Sequence record: PV745554.1 | Strand: one strand, 5' to 3' | Length of the DNA stretch: 64,000 nucleotides | In this document: positions 45,098 to 54,690 of the stretch, piece by piece | Layout of the letters: each line of letters starts with the position of its first letter | How positions within the stretch are numbered: the stretch's first letter is position 1 | The notes under the pieces: generated by a model | What the model saw: the letters and a program-made list of their open reading frames with translations, nothing else | Databases searched by the model: none | Told to the model about the DNA's origin: nothing | Translations under genes and position numbers: made by a program

Positions 45098-45170
45098 CGG
45101 CTTGACCACCGCGACCGATCTGCTACCTTCGCCGTGGTAGCGACGCGTCCTTCCTGACAGCAGTCAAACC

Positions 45171-45201
45171 AAAGCCGCCGGAGCCTAGCTTCGGCGGCTT
45201 T
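45171..45201. terminator. Bidirectional terminator
   Basis: AAAGCCGCCGGAGC-CTA-GCTTCGGCGGCTTT between convergent genes. Confidence 0.85.
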
Positions 45202-45202
45202 C

Positions 45203-45565
45203 CTATTCCACGACCCGCAGCTTCCGCGCGGCCTGGGAGCGCTCCATCGCCGCGTAGCGCGACACGTCCTGGAGGTGGGCCTTGGCGATGAGGTCGGGCG
45301 CGCCCACGGCCCGGAACGGTACGGCGGGGGAGAGTTCGACGTAGCGCCGCAGCAGCGGCTCGAACTCCAGGTCCCGCGCCTTGGCCAGCCGGGAGAGGGC
45401 GCCGGCGACGATCGCCACCACAAGGACGGTGGCGGGGGTCTCCTTGGTCAGGTTCCAGACGCCCGGCAAGGTCTGGCCTGGATGGAGCGGCTGGCGCGCG
45501 ACATCGTCGGCGGCAGCGCGAAAGATGTTCTCGTAGGGGACGCCATCAATCATGGGTTGGGACAC
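45203..45565 (-). CDS. Hypothetical protein (~120 aa)
   Basis: Ends at terminator; start GTG 45565 or ATG 45553. Confidence 0.6.
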   Translation of the reverse strand: MSQPMIDGVPYENIFRAAADDVARQPLHPGQTLPGVWNLTKETPATVLVVAIVAGALSRLAKARDLEFEPLLRRYVELSPAVPFRAVGAPDLIAKAHLQDVSRYAAMERSQAARKLRVVE

Positions 45566-45635
45566 TTACTCAAACCGAGCAGGCTGTCTACCATCTACCC
45601 TTGCTAGTAGAAATGTCGGTTTTACAACACAGACG

Positions 45636-46031
45636 CTAAATCCGCCCACCGTAGTAATCGCGCCACATCCCTTCCCAGTAGGCCTCATGCTCCTCGGTGC
45701 AGTGCGGACAGTAGCGGCGATCGCGGTTTGGGTCCTCGCCCTTGCCGTCCCAGTGGTAGCAGGTCATCGAGCCGACCATGGCCAGCCGCCAGAACGTGCC
45801 GCAATGCTCGCACCCGCCCAGGGCGATGTTCTGCATCAGCCGGTGGCCGTTCCACCATGCCTGGGGCCGGCGCCAGAGTTCATAGACCAGCGCCGAGCGG
45901 ATGCTGGGGTACTGGTGGAGCCCGACCTGGACGACCTTGCGCCGGCCCTGGGGCTCGACCTTGCCTCCGGCCCAGCGGTAGGTCGGCTCGTGGTAGACCT
46001 TGATCTTCGGGAGCCAGCGGCGCTTCTTCAC
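45636..46031 (-). CDS. Hypothetical Zn-binding protein (131 aa)
   Basis: GTGA overlap with helicase stop; CEHC...CPHC; hidden as the tail of shadow ORF 45636..47501. Confidence 0.65.
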   Translation of the reverse strand: MKKRRWLPKIKVYHEPTYRWAGGKVEPQGRRKVVQVGLHQYPSIRSALVYELWRRPQAWWNGHRLMQNIALGGCEHCGTFWRLAMVGSMTCYHWDGKGEDPNRDRRYCPHCTEEHEAYWEGMWRDYYGGRI

Positions 46032-47974
46032 GTGTCCATGACCTTCGCGATGTTGTCCTCCTTCTCCTTGGCGGCCTGGGCGATGCGCGCGTCGAGCGAA
46101 CCGTTGGCCACCAGGAAGAAGCACATGATTTTCTCGGCCGTCTGACCAATCCGGCAGGCGCGGTCCTCGGCCTGCTCGATCAGGGTCGGCGTCCAGTCCC
46201 CCTCGGCGAACGCCACGTCGTGCGCCCGCGTCATGGTGAAGCCTACACCGGCGGCCTGGAGGTTGCAAACGATGACCCGGCAGGTCTCGTCCTCCTGGAA
46301 CTTGTCGACCTGAAGCTGGCGCTTGTTGACGGGGGTCCCGCCGTAGATCATCGCCGGATTGTAGTCGGCCAGGGCCTCGGCGAGCGCCTTGACGACGTCG
46401 GAGTGGTAGGCGAACAGGATCAGCTTGTCGCCGCCGTCCAGGAAGTTCTTGACCCACGGGATGATCGCCGGGAGCTTGGCCATCCCCAGTTCGCGGCGGA
46501 CGGCGGCGATCTCCTCGAACAGCACCGCCACGGCCGGCGGGGCAAGGCCCAGCACGGCGGCGGCGTAGTCGAGGTTGAGCGCCCGCGAGTTGGGCTTGTC
46601 GGGATCGCCGTCGACGCCCACGGCCTTGTCGAAACCGTAGGCCTGGGCCGTCTCCAGGGCCGCCAGCCCCAGCCGGATGTCGCGCTGATCCTCGGTCTCG
46701 TTGTCGCCGGCCAGGACCGAGGACTCGTAGAGCTTCAGGGCCTGGGTAAGCTCGTCCTCGCGCGCCACCACCTCGCGGATTTCCGGGCTGTCGAGGAGCA
46801 CGACTTGCCGGAACTTCGGGGGAAGCTCGGGCAGCACCTCGCGCTTGTTGCGCCGGACCATGAAGGTCGAGCGCAGGCGATAGCCTAGCTCCTCCAGGTT
46901 CGAGGCGCCGGTGAAGTTGTAGGCCCCGTTCTTGCCGCGCGTGTTGTCGAACCAGCCCTCGCAGTAGCGATAGCCGTAGTCGTTGTAGCTCTTGCCCAGG
47001 CCGTCGGGATCGAAGGCCTTGACGATCGACCACATCTCGATCGGGCGGTTCATCATCGGCGTGCCCGACAGGAAGACCCGCCGCTTGGCGTCGACCGGGT
47101 TGAACCAGATGTCGGCCAGCACCGGCTCGCGGTTCTCGGCCTCGGCCTTCTTGATCTCGGCGGCGTTGGCCTCCTTGCGCTTCTTGCGCACGGCCGCTTT
47201 GGAGCGGGCGTCCATCTGCTCGCCGCCCAGGATGAAGATCGTCCGACCACTGTCGGGGGTCTTGATCGCGTGGCACTCGTCGCAGACCAGCAGGTCCCAG
47301 GGAGCGTCGTGGATTTCCTTGGAGAAGCGCTCCAGGATGTCGTAGTTGATGATCACCACGTCGGTCTTGGGCCACCAGCGCGGGTGGACGACCTTCTTGA
47401 AGCGCGGCTTGCCGTTCTTGTAGAAGCCGTCGCGCACGGTCTCGCGGTAGCGGGTCTCGGCGATCCCCACCGTCAGGCCCTTGCTGCACCAGAGCTTCCA
47501 CTCGCGGCGCCAGTTCTCCTTCAGCGACGCCGGCACCACCACCAGCACGCGGCGGATTTTCTTCATCGCGTTGGAGACGCCGACCGCCTGGATCGTCTTG
47601 CCCAGGCCGGGCGGATCGGCGATGAGCGTGTCGCGCCGGCCCGGCAGGGTGGCGAAGTCGATCCCCGCGCGCTGGAATGGCTTGAAGTCCCAGCCCTTGG
47701 CCTCGACCGCCTTGGAGATCGGCGGCCAGAAATCGCAGTCGGCCTTGTAGGAAAGCTCGCGGCTGATGTTGGCCAGATGCTCGCGCCGCCCGAGTTCGTC
47801 GAGCGCGTTGGCCTTCCAGACCACGCCCGCCACCTTGAGGGCGACGGCGGGATTGTGGGTGATCAGCGCCTTGCGCGGCGGGCTCCAGCTAAAGCCGGCC
47901 TCCTGGAACCGCTTGCGGTCTTCCCATTCGGTGACGGCCCAGAAGTAGCCGTCTCGGTAGTCGATAAATGCCAT
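46028..47974 (-). CDS. SNF2-family (SF2) helicase/annealase
   Basis: ADPPGLGKTIQ, CDECH, LSGTPMMNRP, AAGVGFTM, QAEDRACRIGQ. Confidence 0.93.
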   Translation of the reverse strand: MAFIDYRDGYFWAVTEWEDRKRFQEAGFSWSPPRKALITHNPAVALKVAGVVWKANALDELGRREHLANISRELSYKADCDFWPPISKAVEAKGWDFKPFQRAGIDFATLPGRRDTLIADPPGLGKTIQAVGVSNAMKKIRRVLVVVPASLKENWRREWKLWCSKGLTVGIAETRYRETVRDGFYKNGKPRFKKVVHPRWWPKTDVVIINYDILERFSKEIHDAPWDLLVCDECHAIKTPDSGRTIFILGGEQMDARSKAAVRKKRKEANAAEIKKAEAENREPVLADIWFNPVDAKRRVFLSGTPMMNRPIEMWSIVKAFDPDGLGKSYNDYGYRYCEGWFDNTRGKNGAYNFTGASNLEELGYRLRSTFMVRRNKREVLPELPPKFRQVVLLDSPEIREVVAREDELTQALKLYESSVLAGDNETEDQRDIRLGLAALETAQAYGFDKAVGVDGDPDKPNSRALNLDYAAAVLGLAPPAVAVLFEEIAAVRRELGMAKLPAIIPWVKNFLDGGDKLILFAYHSDVVKALAEALADYNPAMIYGGTPVNKRQLQVDKFQEDETCRVIVCNLQAAGVGFTMTRAHDVAFAEGDWTPTLIEQAEDRACRIGQTAEKIMCFFLVANGSLDARIAQAAKEKEDNIAKVMDT

Positions 47975-48024
47975 GGGTCCGCACGTGGTTAACGCGCGGC
48001 AATGTCGCCCATGACGACGTCACA

Positions 48025-48061
48025 TGTCAAGATTCATGACTTGACCCAAGGCGTTAACCAT
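48025..48061. promoter_or_regulatory. Divergent control region: motif variant on - (48025-48040), TTGACC on +, TTAACCAT
   Basis: TGTCAAGATTCATGAC-TTGACC...GTTAACCAT. Confidence 0.65.
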
Positions 48062-48112
48062 GGCACGGTCGGGGCACGGCTGAGAGATCAGCCGGTCACA
48101 AGGAGAACTACC

Positions 48113-48412
48113 ATGACCCTGATCGTCAAGATCATGTCGGACGAGAACCTGCCCGACACCGACCCCTCCAAGCGCTTCTCGCTTTATGCCGGGGTGAAGT
48201 CCTTCCATCCGATCGTCCAGGAGCCCGAGGTGGCGGGTGGCAAGCCCTACTGCTACCTGCGGCTCTACATCGCCGATCCCGTCAAGACCGCGACCGTGCC
48301 CGGCTTCGTCGAGCATGAGACCCACGTCGACGTCGGCGGCAACGTCTACGTGATGAACGAGGCCGGCAAGACCATCGCCACCTGGACCCCGCCCTGCGGC
48401 GCGCCCAACTAG
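48113..48412 (+). CDS. Hypothetical protein (99 aa)
   Basis: AGGAG RBS; MTLIVKIMSDEN...GNVYVMNEAGKTIA. Confidence 0.75.
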   Translation: MTLIVKIMSDENLPDTDPSKRFSLYAGVKSFHPIVQEPEVAGGKPYCYLRLYIADPVKTATVPGFVEHETHVDVGGNVYVMNEAGKTIATWTPPCGAPN

Positions 48413-48648
48413 GTCTTCTGCGCTTCCAGACCCGGATCGCCTTCCCAGGCGGCCGGGTCTTTCTGCCAGCCCATCCGCTCCATGACCGCGTGGCAGTCGA
48501 GCGGCGCGCTGCCGTCCTTGGGCTCCTCGCCCAGGCAGAGGAACACGAACCGCTTGCCGGTGTTGGCCTTGTAGCGGATGCGCAGGTTGCCGTCCTCCGA
48601 GACGATCTCGCACGACGTCATGTTCACGACTTCACCAGGGCGCATCAC
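48409..48648 (-). CDS. Hypothetical protein (79 aa)
   Basis: GGAGG RBS, coupled to upstream gene. Confidence 0.6.
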   Translation of the reverse strand: MMRPGEVVNMTSCEIVSEDGNLRIRYKANTGKRFVFLCLGEEPKDGSAPLDCHAVMERMGWQKDPAAWEGDPGLEAQKT

Positions 48649-49217
48649 GCCGCCTCCTTAATTTCCCGAGCGCGCTCGGTCCAGATCATCAGGTCGTAGT
48701 CGGCCGGGCTCATCCCGGCGGCGTCGGCAAGGCCCAGGAAGGCCTCTTCCAGGCGACGATAGACCTTCGGGTTGCCCGGCGTCACCTTGGGCGCTTCCAC
48801 CCCGTTCTGGGCCAGATGCGCGAGGATGTGGGTGTCCAGGGCCGACAGGCGCTGATCGGCGCGCGAGTGCAGCAGGAAGAACCGGGCCGTCTTGGGGCCG
48901 ACCCCGTGGATGGCCTCGAACTTCTCGACCGGATCGTGGCGCAGGTCCAGCCCCCAGGCGCTCTGGGCAAAGCAGGCCTCCAGCCGGGCGTACTGCCCGA
49001 TGCCGAACATCTCCATATAGGGCCGCAGCTTGTTCTCGAAGATCGCGCAGCGCAGCTTGTCGAACGGCGTGGTCCCGACCATGGCGTGGAGCATCTGGTC
49101 GAGCTTGCGGGCCTGGATGTCGGCGGTCTTGCCCGCGACGATGCAGCAGAACAGCCACCACTCTTCCAGTTCCGCGTCGGTGCGGTCGAACTTGGTCACG
49201 TCACGCGGGTCGATCAT
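48645..49217 (-). CDS. Helix-hairpin-helix DNA glycosylase-like protein
   Basis: IHGVGPKTARFFL HhH with Lys and downstream ALDTHI. Confidence 0.75.
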   Translation of the reverse strand: MIDPRDVTKFDRTDAELEEWWLFCCIVAGKTADIQARKLDQMLHAMVGTTPFDKLRCAIFENKLRPYMEMFGIGQYARLEACFAQSAWGLDLRHDPVEKFEAIHGVGPKTARFFLLHSRADQRLSALDTHILAHLAQNGVEAPKVTPGNPKVYRRLEEAFLGLADAAGMSPADYDLMIWTERAREIKEAA

Positions 49218-49221
49218 TGGC

Positions 49222-49677
49222 TCACTTCTTGTACTTCTTGGCGTGCTGGCGGCCCTTCCAGGAGGCCTTGTAGCCACCGAGCTTGGTGAAGCCCGAACAG
49301 CAGGGCGATCCACAGGAGCAGCGGTCGTAAGCGTCCTCGACCAGCCCGCGCTTGTAGAGGGTGTGCATGTGCGAGCCCTTGAACGGCTCGGGCGGGCGGC
49401 GCACCTGCTCGTCGGCGACCATCTCGATCAAGAGCCACTTGGGGCCGTCGATCTCGCACGCGCGGCAGGTGTGTTCGTCCTCGGCGGCGAACATCGCCTC
49501 GGTCTCGGCCTGCGAGCGCACCATGGCGGCGAACTCGTCGTCCGTGTACGCGCCAGTGATGTAGCGCTCGACGGTGACCGCCCTCTTCAGCGTCCGCCCG
49601 CAGGTCTTGCAGGCGCAGGTGTAGCCCACCGTGGCGCTGAAGAGGTCGACGTTGTCGGAGACAGCGTAGCCGGCCAT
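49222..49677 (-). CDS. Hypothetical Cys-rich protein (151 aa)
   Basis: CACKTCG, CRAC, CSCGSPCC. Confidence 0.65.
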   Translation of the reverse strand: MAGYAVSDNVDLFSATVGYTCACKTCGRTLKRAVTVERYITGAYTDDEFAAMVRSQAETEAMFAAEDEHTCRACEIDGPKWLLIEMVADEQVRRPPEPFKGSHMHTLYKRGLVEDAYDRCSCGSPCCSGFTKLGGYKASWKGRQHAKKYKK

Positions 49678-49679
49678 GA

Positions 49680-50129
49680 CTAGAGGTGCGGCGCCAGTTC
49701 GCGTTCCAGGCGGTCGAGTTCGCCGCGCTTGTGGAGTTCGGAGACGCGGTGCAGGGCGATGATCTTCTGCTCGATGTAGGTCATGGTCGCCGGCGCCCGC
49801 GTGGGCAGTTCCGACAGGCCCGTGCCGATCCCGTCGGACGGGTAGACCACGATGCCGCCCTTCTTGACGTGCTCGAACAGCGGGCGGAAATCTTCGTCGA
49901 TCGTCCGGCACTGGGCGTCGGTGGCGATCGGATCATCACCGAAGAAGTCGGTGGCGTGCATGCCCGGCGTGCGCTTGGTCGCCACACCGATGGCGTTGGG
50001 CTCGCCGCGCATGTGGCCGGCCTGCCCGCCCATCCCCTGGCGGATCATGTTGTCGCCGAAGACGTAGAGGACGTCGGGATTGCGGCGCAGGTCCTCGCGG
50101 AAAATGCGGTGCTGGTAGATGACGGGCAT
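49680..50129 (-). CDS. Conserved-type phage hypothetical protein (149 aa)
   Basis: YVFGDN..GMGGQA..RGEPNAIGVATK..P.DGIGTG. Confidence 0.75.
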   Translation of the reverse strand: MPVIYQHRIFREDLRRNPDVLYVFGDNMIRQGMGGQAGHMRGEPNAIGVATKRTPGMHATDFFGDDPIATDAQCRTIDEDFRPLFEHVKKGGIVVYPSDGIGTGLSELPTRAPATMTYIEQKIIALHRVSELHKRGELDRLERELAPHL

Positions 50130-50189
50130 GGGGCGATCCTTCTGAAGTGGGAGAGGGGCCGGCGAACCGGCCCCTCGGGGTGGGAGCGA

Positions 50190-51812
50190 TTACTTGTTGG
50201 CGAACGCCGCGACGTAGGCCTTGGCGTAGGCTTCCTTGTAGAGCGGGCCGACGTCGTCGTTGTTCTCGTCTTCGAGGTCGGTGAAGTTCGAGTAGTGCTC
50301 GCCCTTCTCGGCGTCGAGGTCGAACGTCTCGGCGTACTCGCCCTCCAGGCGCCCGTCGCGGTCGCCCGCCAGCTTGGCCCAGGCCGCGTAGTGGTGGACG
50401 AGGACCTCCTCGAACGCTTCCTCATAGAGGTACGAGTAGGTGCCCACGCCCTTGTCGGCGCTGGCGCTGTTGTCGAGCGCCGATTCAGCCACCACGTCCA
50501 GGCGCTCGCCTTCGGGGCCTTCGCCCTCGACGAGGTCGACCAGGGCCTGGAGGCGCACGCCTTCGTCGGTCTGGCTCATCGCCTGGGCGATCAGCTTCTC
50601 GGCGTCCTCGCGGCCCCAGGACTTGGCCATGGTCGTGGCCAGATCGTGGTCGACGGCGGCAAAGCCGTTGGCGTCGTAGGCGGGGGTCTCGTCGGTCGAG
50701 GCGGTCTCTTCGACCTTCTCGTCCGAGGCGTCGTCAGTGGCGGCGGCCGAGAAGCCGACGCCATAGCCCTTGACATAGCCCTCCGAGTACGCCTGCCGGG
50801 CCGAGTCGGGGCCGTCGGTGAGTTCGCCCGGCAGATCGAAAGACGCGTCGTACTCGTAGCCGTTGTCCTGGTCGGCCGCACCCGCCTTCAGGCCAGCGTC
50901 GTGGCCGATCTTGGCCCAGTCGGTCGCCTCGGCTTCGACCACCGCTTCGGGGGCCTCGGTGGTGATCACGCCGTCGGCGGCCGTGGCGTCGGTCTCGATC
51001 TCGGGATCGACCTGGGCCTGGGCGTCAGCCTGGGCGGCCTTCTCCTCGGCGTAGCGGCGCTCGACGGCGGCGGTGAAGTAGTTGACCGCGTCGGCCTCGG
51101 GGATTTCGCCCAGGACCTTCATCTCGCAGCAGCGCAGCTTGGTGAGGTTGTAGTCGGTCGGGATCGCCGTGACGTCCTTGGGGTTGATCTCGACGATGAT
51201 GATCTTGCCCCGGCCGCCGTGGAACGAGCGCAGGTAGTCGAACGAGCAGGCGTGCAGGCCGCGCGAACAGGTCTGGTTGCGGTTCGGGTCACAGAGGTCG
51301 CGATCCATCGAGACCGTGCTGCCGATCTTGTACTCGACGGTGTGTGAGTGCAGGTCGAAGTAGTCCTCGCCCACGCGCTTGAAGGCATGGAACATGCCGT
51401 CCGGCGTCAGCGGGTTGCGACCCTTCTCCAGGAAGGCGTAGAGATCGGCGGCGATCGACTTGTCGGGGTTCTGGTCGACATTGGCGATGAAGTTGGTCAG
51501 CGGCTCCATGTCGAAGCCTTCCGCCAGCACGCGCTTGAAGGTGCCGGCCGCCACGTAGTCGACGACCTTGCCGTCCAGGCGCAGGCGGTCGCGATCGTCC
51601 AGGATGACGCGGCCGAACGAGTGGGCCGCCACATAGGCCGCCACGTCGGCGATCAGCCGGATTTCGTCGATGTCCTGCGGGACCTTCTTGACGGCCTCTT
51701 CCAGCTTCTTGCCCTGCGACGAGCCGCGAGGGAAGGAGCGGTAGCGCCCGTCCAGGGTGATCGAGATCGCGTCGACGGTGATCGTCACGGCGACCTTCGC
51801 TTGGGTAGTCAT
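50190..51812 (-). CDS. rIIB: rIIB-like protein with acidic C-terminal extension
   Basis: LYAFLE..PLTPDG.F.AFK.V..D..D.HS, CSRGLH, VTAIP.DY..KLRCC. Confidence 0.85.
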   Translation of the reverse strand: MTTQAKVAVTITVDAISITLDGRYRSFPRGSSQGKKLEEAVKKVPQDIDEIRLIADVAAYVAAHSFGRVILDDRDRLRLDGKVVDYVAAGTFKRVLAEGFDMEPLTNFIANVDQNPDKSIAADLYAFLEKGRNPLTPDGMFHAFKRVGEDYFDLHSHTVEYKIGSTVSMDRDLCDPNRNQTCSRGLHACSFDYLRSFHGGRGKIIIVEINPKDVTAIPTDYNLTKLRCCEMKVLGEIPEADAVNYFTAAVERRYAEEKAAQADAQAQVDPEIETDATAADGVITTEAPEAVVEAEATDWAKIGHDAGLKAGAADQDNGYEYDASFDLPGELTDGPDSARQAYSEGYVKGYGVGFSAAATDDASDEKVEETASTDETPAYDANGFAAVDHDLATTMAKSWGREDAEKLIAQAMSQTDEGVRLQALVDLVEGEGPEGERLDVVAESALDNSASADKGVGTYSYLYEEAFEEVLVHHYAAWAKLAGDRDGRLEGEYAETFDLDAEKGEHYSNFTDLEDENNDDVGPLYKEAYAKAYVAAFANK

Positions 51813-51833
51813 GGGAGACTCCTTGCTCGCGGC

Positions 51834-53957
51834 CTAGTAGCTGCCGAACTTCAGGGTGAGAGGGATGGTGCGAATCAGCGCTTCCAGGGCCTTGGTGCAG
51901 GCGGTGACCTGCTCGGTCGAGGTCGCGTGGTTCGTGTTGTCGAGGAACTTGCGGATCGGGTGGTTGGACGTGGCGTTCAGCTTGGTATGACCCTCCTCGA
52001 ACGTCTTGGTCAGTTCCGAGCGCGGCGGCGCCTTGAACTGCCCGTCCACCTCGTAGAGCGCCTTGATGAAGGAGCGCTCGCGCTCGGTCCACTCGACGAG
52101 GCCGGCGGCCAGCAGCGGCTTGACCGCGCCGAAGTAGGCCGCGACCGACGACTTCATCCGCGTCAGGCGGTCGAAATCGGCCGGGCACTTCTCGATCGCC
52201 CGGTTGTAGAAGCCGTAGGCCGTCGACGAGGTCGACAGCTTCTGCACCGCCACCACGCAGTCATCCAGGCTGACCTTGTGCTTGGCCTGGATCGCCGCGT
52301 CGATCGCCTCGCGCATGGTCGGGACCTTGGCGTCCTCGACGTGCTTCTGGGCGGTGGGCGAGGCGATGTAGATGTGCTTGATGCCGTACTTGTTGGCGAC
52401 GACGAAGACGTCCTCGGCCTTCTTGCGGTACTGGTCCGACGACACCCAGGCCACGGTCCCGGCAGGGAAGGTCTCCACGCCGGTCACCGCCATCTGCTCG
52501 CCCGCGCGCTTGGCCAGGGCCAGACCCCGGATCGGCGGCACATAGGCGGGCGCGTCCTTGCTGACCTTGTCGCGGCGCGGGACCTCGCCCTTGAGCGTGG
52601 CCACGTCGATGTCCTCGAACTTGGCGGTCGGCAGGGCGCAGTTCCAGAAGGCCTTGTCCCGGTCGTAGCCGAGCATGAAGACCCCGTCCTTCAGGTTCTT
52701 GCTCTCCAGGTAGAGGCGCAGGATGCGCGCAAGGCGGCGCGTCTCGCTCTGGGAGAACTCGCGCTTGGTCGAGTCGTCGCGCGACGGGTCGAGCAGGTCG
52801 GAGATGTCGCGCAGGACCAGGAAGTGGGTTTCGGCCTTCTGGCTCAGGTCGAGCGTGTTCTCGATCCGGTAGCCCCAGCGCTCGCGGTGCTGGTCGAACG
52901 AGGCCTTGTAGAGGCAGGCCACGCCAGGGAAGGAGATCGTCGTGCTTTCCAGGCCCGTGGCCGGGTGCTTGGGCTTGCTGCTGATGAACGGCGGGCGCAG
53001 CTTGTTGTGGGTCGCGAAGAACTCGGTGACCGACTGGATGTCCTTGATCTTGACCCAGATCGCCGCCTCGACGTCTTGGCTGATCGTGCCGATGATGTCT
53101 TGCAGGGCCTTGACCGCTTCGGGCTTGTACTGGATTTCTTCCCGCGACGGGATGGGCTCGACCGTGCCCATCGGCACCGTGATCAGCCACTTGCGGCCGT
53201 TGTCGTGGGGCAGGCTCAGACCGCCCTTGGCGGCCAGCGGGTAGATGGCGCAGCCCTGGCGCACGTTCCACGTCGCCGGCAGGGCCGAGTTCTCGTAGGC
53301 GGCCCAGGTGCCGTCGGCGGCTTCGAACTGCGGCATGCCCAGCGGCTGGCCCAGGTCGATGTTGCTGTCGTACATGGGGATGAAGCCCATGGCGACGTTC
53401 TTGACGGCGCGCTCGAAGGAGGCGAAGTCGGTGGGGTTGACCGCGACGGTGACGCGCACGCCGGCCGGCTCGGAGCAGTCCTCGGTGCCCTGGAGCATGA
53501 CGCGCGGCACGCCGCCCTTGCCGATCGCGGCGGTGTAGTGGCGCACGACGTCGCCGTCGTAGCAGGACAGGGCGAATTGGGAGGTGTAGGCGAACGGGCT
53601 CTTGGAGCCCAGGCCGAAGGCGCCGGTGAGATCGTCGGTCTCGTCCTTGTCCGACTCGAACAGGGTCGAGTAGAGGTGCATGACCTTGGCGTGGTCCATG
53701 CCGGGGCCGTAGTCGCGCACGTAGAATTCGGGGCGCATTTCGCTGGGGACGTGGACGAAGAAGCTGCCGGGGTAGCCGGCGACGATATGGGCGTCCTGGG
53801 CGTTCGAGCAGATTTCCCGCACCAGCGAGCCGATCTTGTCCGAGTAGAGCCCGTCGATCAGCATCCGGAACGCTTTGCCAGACGCCTTGATCTTGAACTC
53901 TTGCTCCTCCTGAACGCCGATGGTTTCGAGGAAGACCGGTTCGGTTGCAAGCCGCAT
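51834..53957 (-). CDS. rIIA: rIIA-like protein (GHKL ATPase-like N-terminus)
   Basis: LYSDKIGSLVREICSNAQDAH, VRDYGPGM, GAFGLGSKSPFAYT; adjacent to rIIB. Confidence 0.88.
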   Translation of the reverse strand: MRLATEPVFLETIGVQEEQEFKIKASGKAFRMLIDGLYSDKIGSLVREICSNAQDAHIVAGYPGSFFVHVPSEMRPEFYVRDYGPGMDHAKVMHLYSTLFESDKDETDDLTGAFGLGSKSPFAYTSQFALSCYDGDVVRHYTAAIGKGGVPRVMLQGTEDCSEPAGVRVTVAVNPTDFASFERAVKNVAMGFIPMYDSNIDLGQPLGMPQFEAADGTWAAYENSALPATWNVRQGCAIYPLAAKGGLSLPHDNGRKWLITVPMGTVEPIPSREEIQYKPEAVKALQDIIGTISQDVEAAIWVKIKDIQSVTEFFATHNKLRPPFISSKPKHPATGLESTTISFPGVACLYKASFDQHRERWGYRIENTLDLSQKAETHFLVLRDISDLLDPSRDDSTKREFSQSETRRLARILRLYLESKNLKDGVFMLGYDRDKAFWNCALPTAKFEDIDVATLKGEVPRRDKVSKDAPAYVPPIRGLALAKRAGEQMAVTGVETFPAGTVAWVSSDQYRKKAEDVFVVANKYGIKHIYIASPTAQKHVEDAKVPTMREAIDAAIQAKHKVSLDDCVVAVQKLSTSSTAYGFYNRAIEKCPADFDRLTRMKSSVAAYFGAVKPLLAAGLVEWTERERSFIKALYEVDGQFKAPPRSELTKTFEEGHTKLNATSNHPIRKFLDNTNHATSTEQVTACTKALEALIRTIPLTLKFGSY

Positions 53958-54049
53958 TATCAACTCCAGAGGAGAGTGGTTAGGTGGATGTCGACGATCC
54001 TTCTATCCAGGGCATCCGGTTCTGTCAACACACTCGCTCCGGCTTTTTG

Positions 54050-54089
54050 GTCGTGAATCTTGACGTTCTCGCACGGGTCAGGCACAATT
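54050..54089 (+). promoter_or_regulatory. Promoter GTCGTGAATC-TTGACG-N17-CACAAT
   Basis: Motif copy; divergent TTGACA-N17-TAGAAG on - just upstream drives rIIA. Confidence 0.7.
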
Positions 54090-54094
54090 TTCTC

Positions 54095-54343
54095 ATGTGG
54101 TCAATCCGCAACATCACGACCGAAGCCTCCCACTCGATTCGCACCTGCACCGCCAAGGACTACCCGTGGCCTGAGCGGGGGTCGGAGGGCTGCATTTGTC
54201 GCGACCCTGGCGCGCGCCGTGACCGGGATTTCATGCTGCTGATCGACCGCCATGGCGAGATTCAATGGTACGCGAGGACGACATGCCCGATCCACGGCCC
54301 GAAGATCACGACGGTGGACGTCGAAACAAAATCCACGACCTGA
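54095..54343 (+). CDS. Small Cys/His-containing hypothetical protein (82 aa), possibly leaderless
   Basis: ATG just after the -10 box; CIC...CPIHG. Confidence 0.55.
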   Translation: MWSIRNITTEASHSIRTCTAKDYPWPERGSEGCICRDPGARRDRDFMLLIDRHGEIQWYARTTCPIHGPKITTVDVETKSTT

Positions 54344-54690
54344 TCGTCGGCGACCCGCGCGAGGACCCGCGCTACAATCGCAAGCTCAGCAACCGCGACA
54401 AGACCGCCTTCCTCTGCGGCGTCCTGCGCCACCCGGCCCAGGCGTTCGACCTGGACCTGCCGTTCCCGGTCGAGGACTGGGTCGCCTCGGACGACAACTC
54501 CCTGATCGTCGCGGGCCTCTACCTGTCGGACCTGCGGCTCCAGTTCTATGACGCCCTGGAGGTCAAGCCCGACGACGAGCACGGCTTCGTGCGCCAGGGC
54601 GAGGCCGAGTTCTGGCACCACGCCTTCAACGTCATGGTCGAGCGCCGCAGCCACGGCGTGCTGGTCTCCGACGGGCGCGTGCTCAATTGA
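54283..54690 (+). CDS. Hypothetical protein (135 aa)
   Basis: GAGG RBS; overlaps upstream ORF. Confidence 0.65.
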   Translation: MPDPRPEDHDGGRRNKIHDLIVGDPREDPRYNRKLSNRDKTAFLCGVLRHPAQAFDLDLPFPVEDWVASDDNSLIVAGLYLSDLRLQFYDALEVKPDDEHGFVRQGEAEFWHHAFNVMVERRSHGVLVSDGRVLN

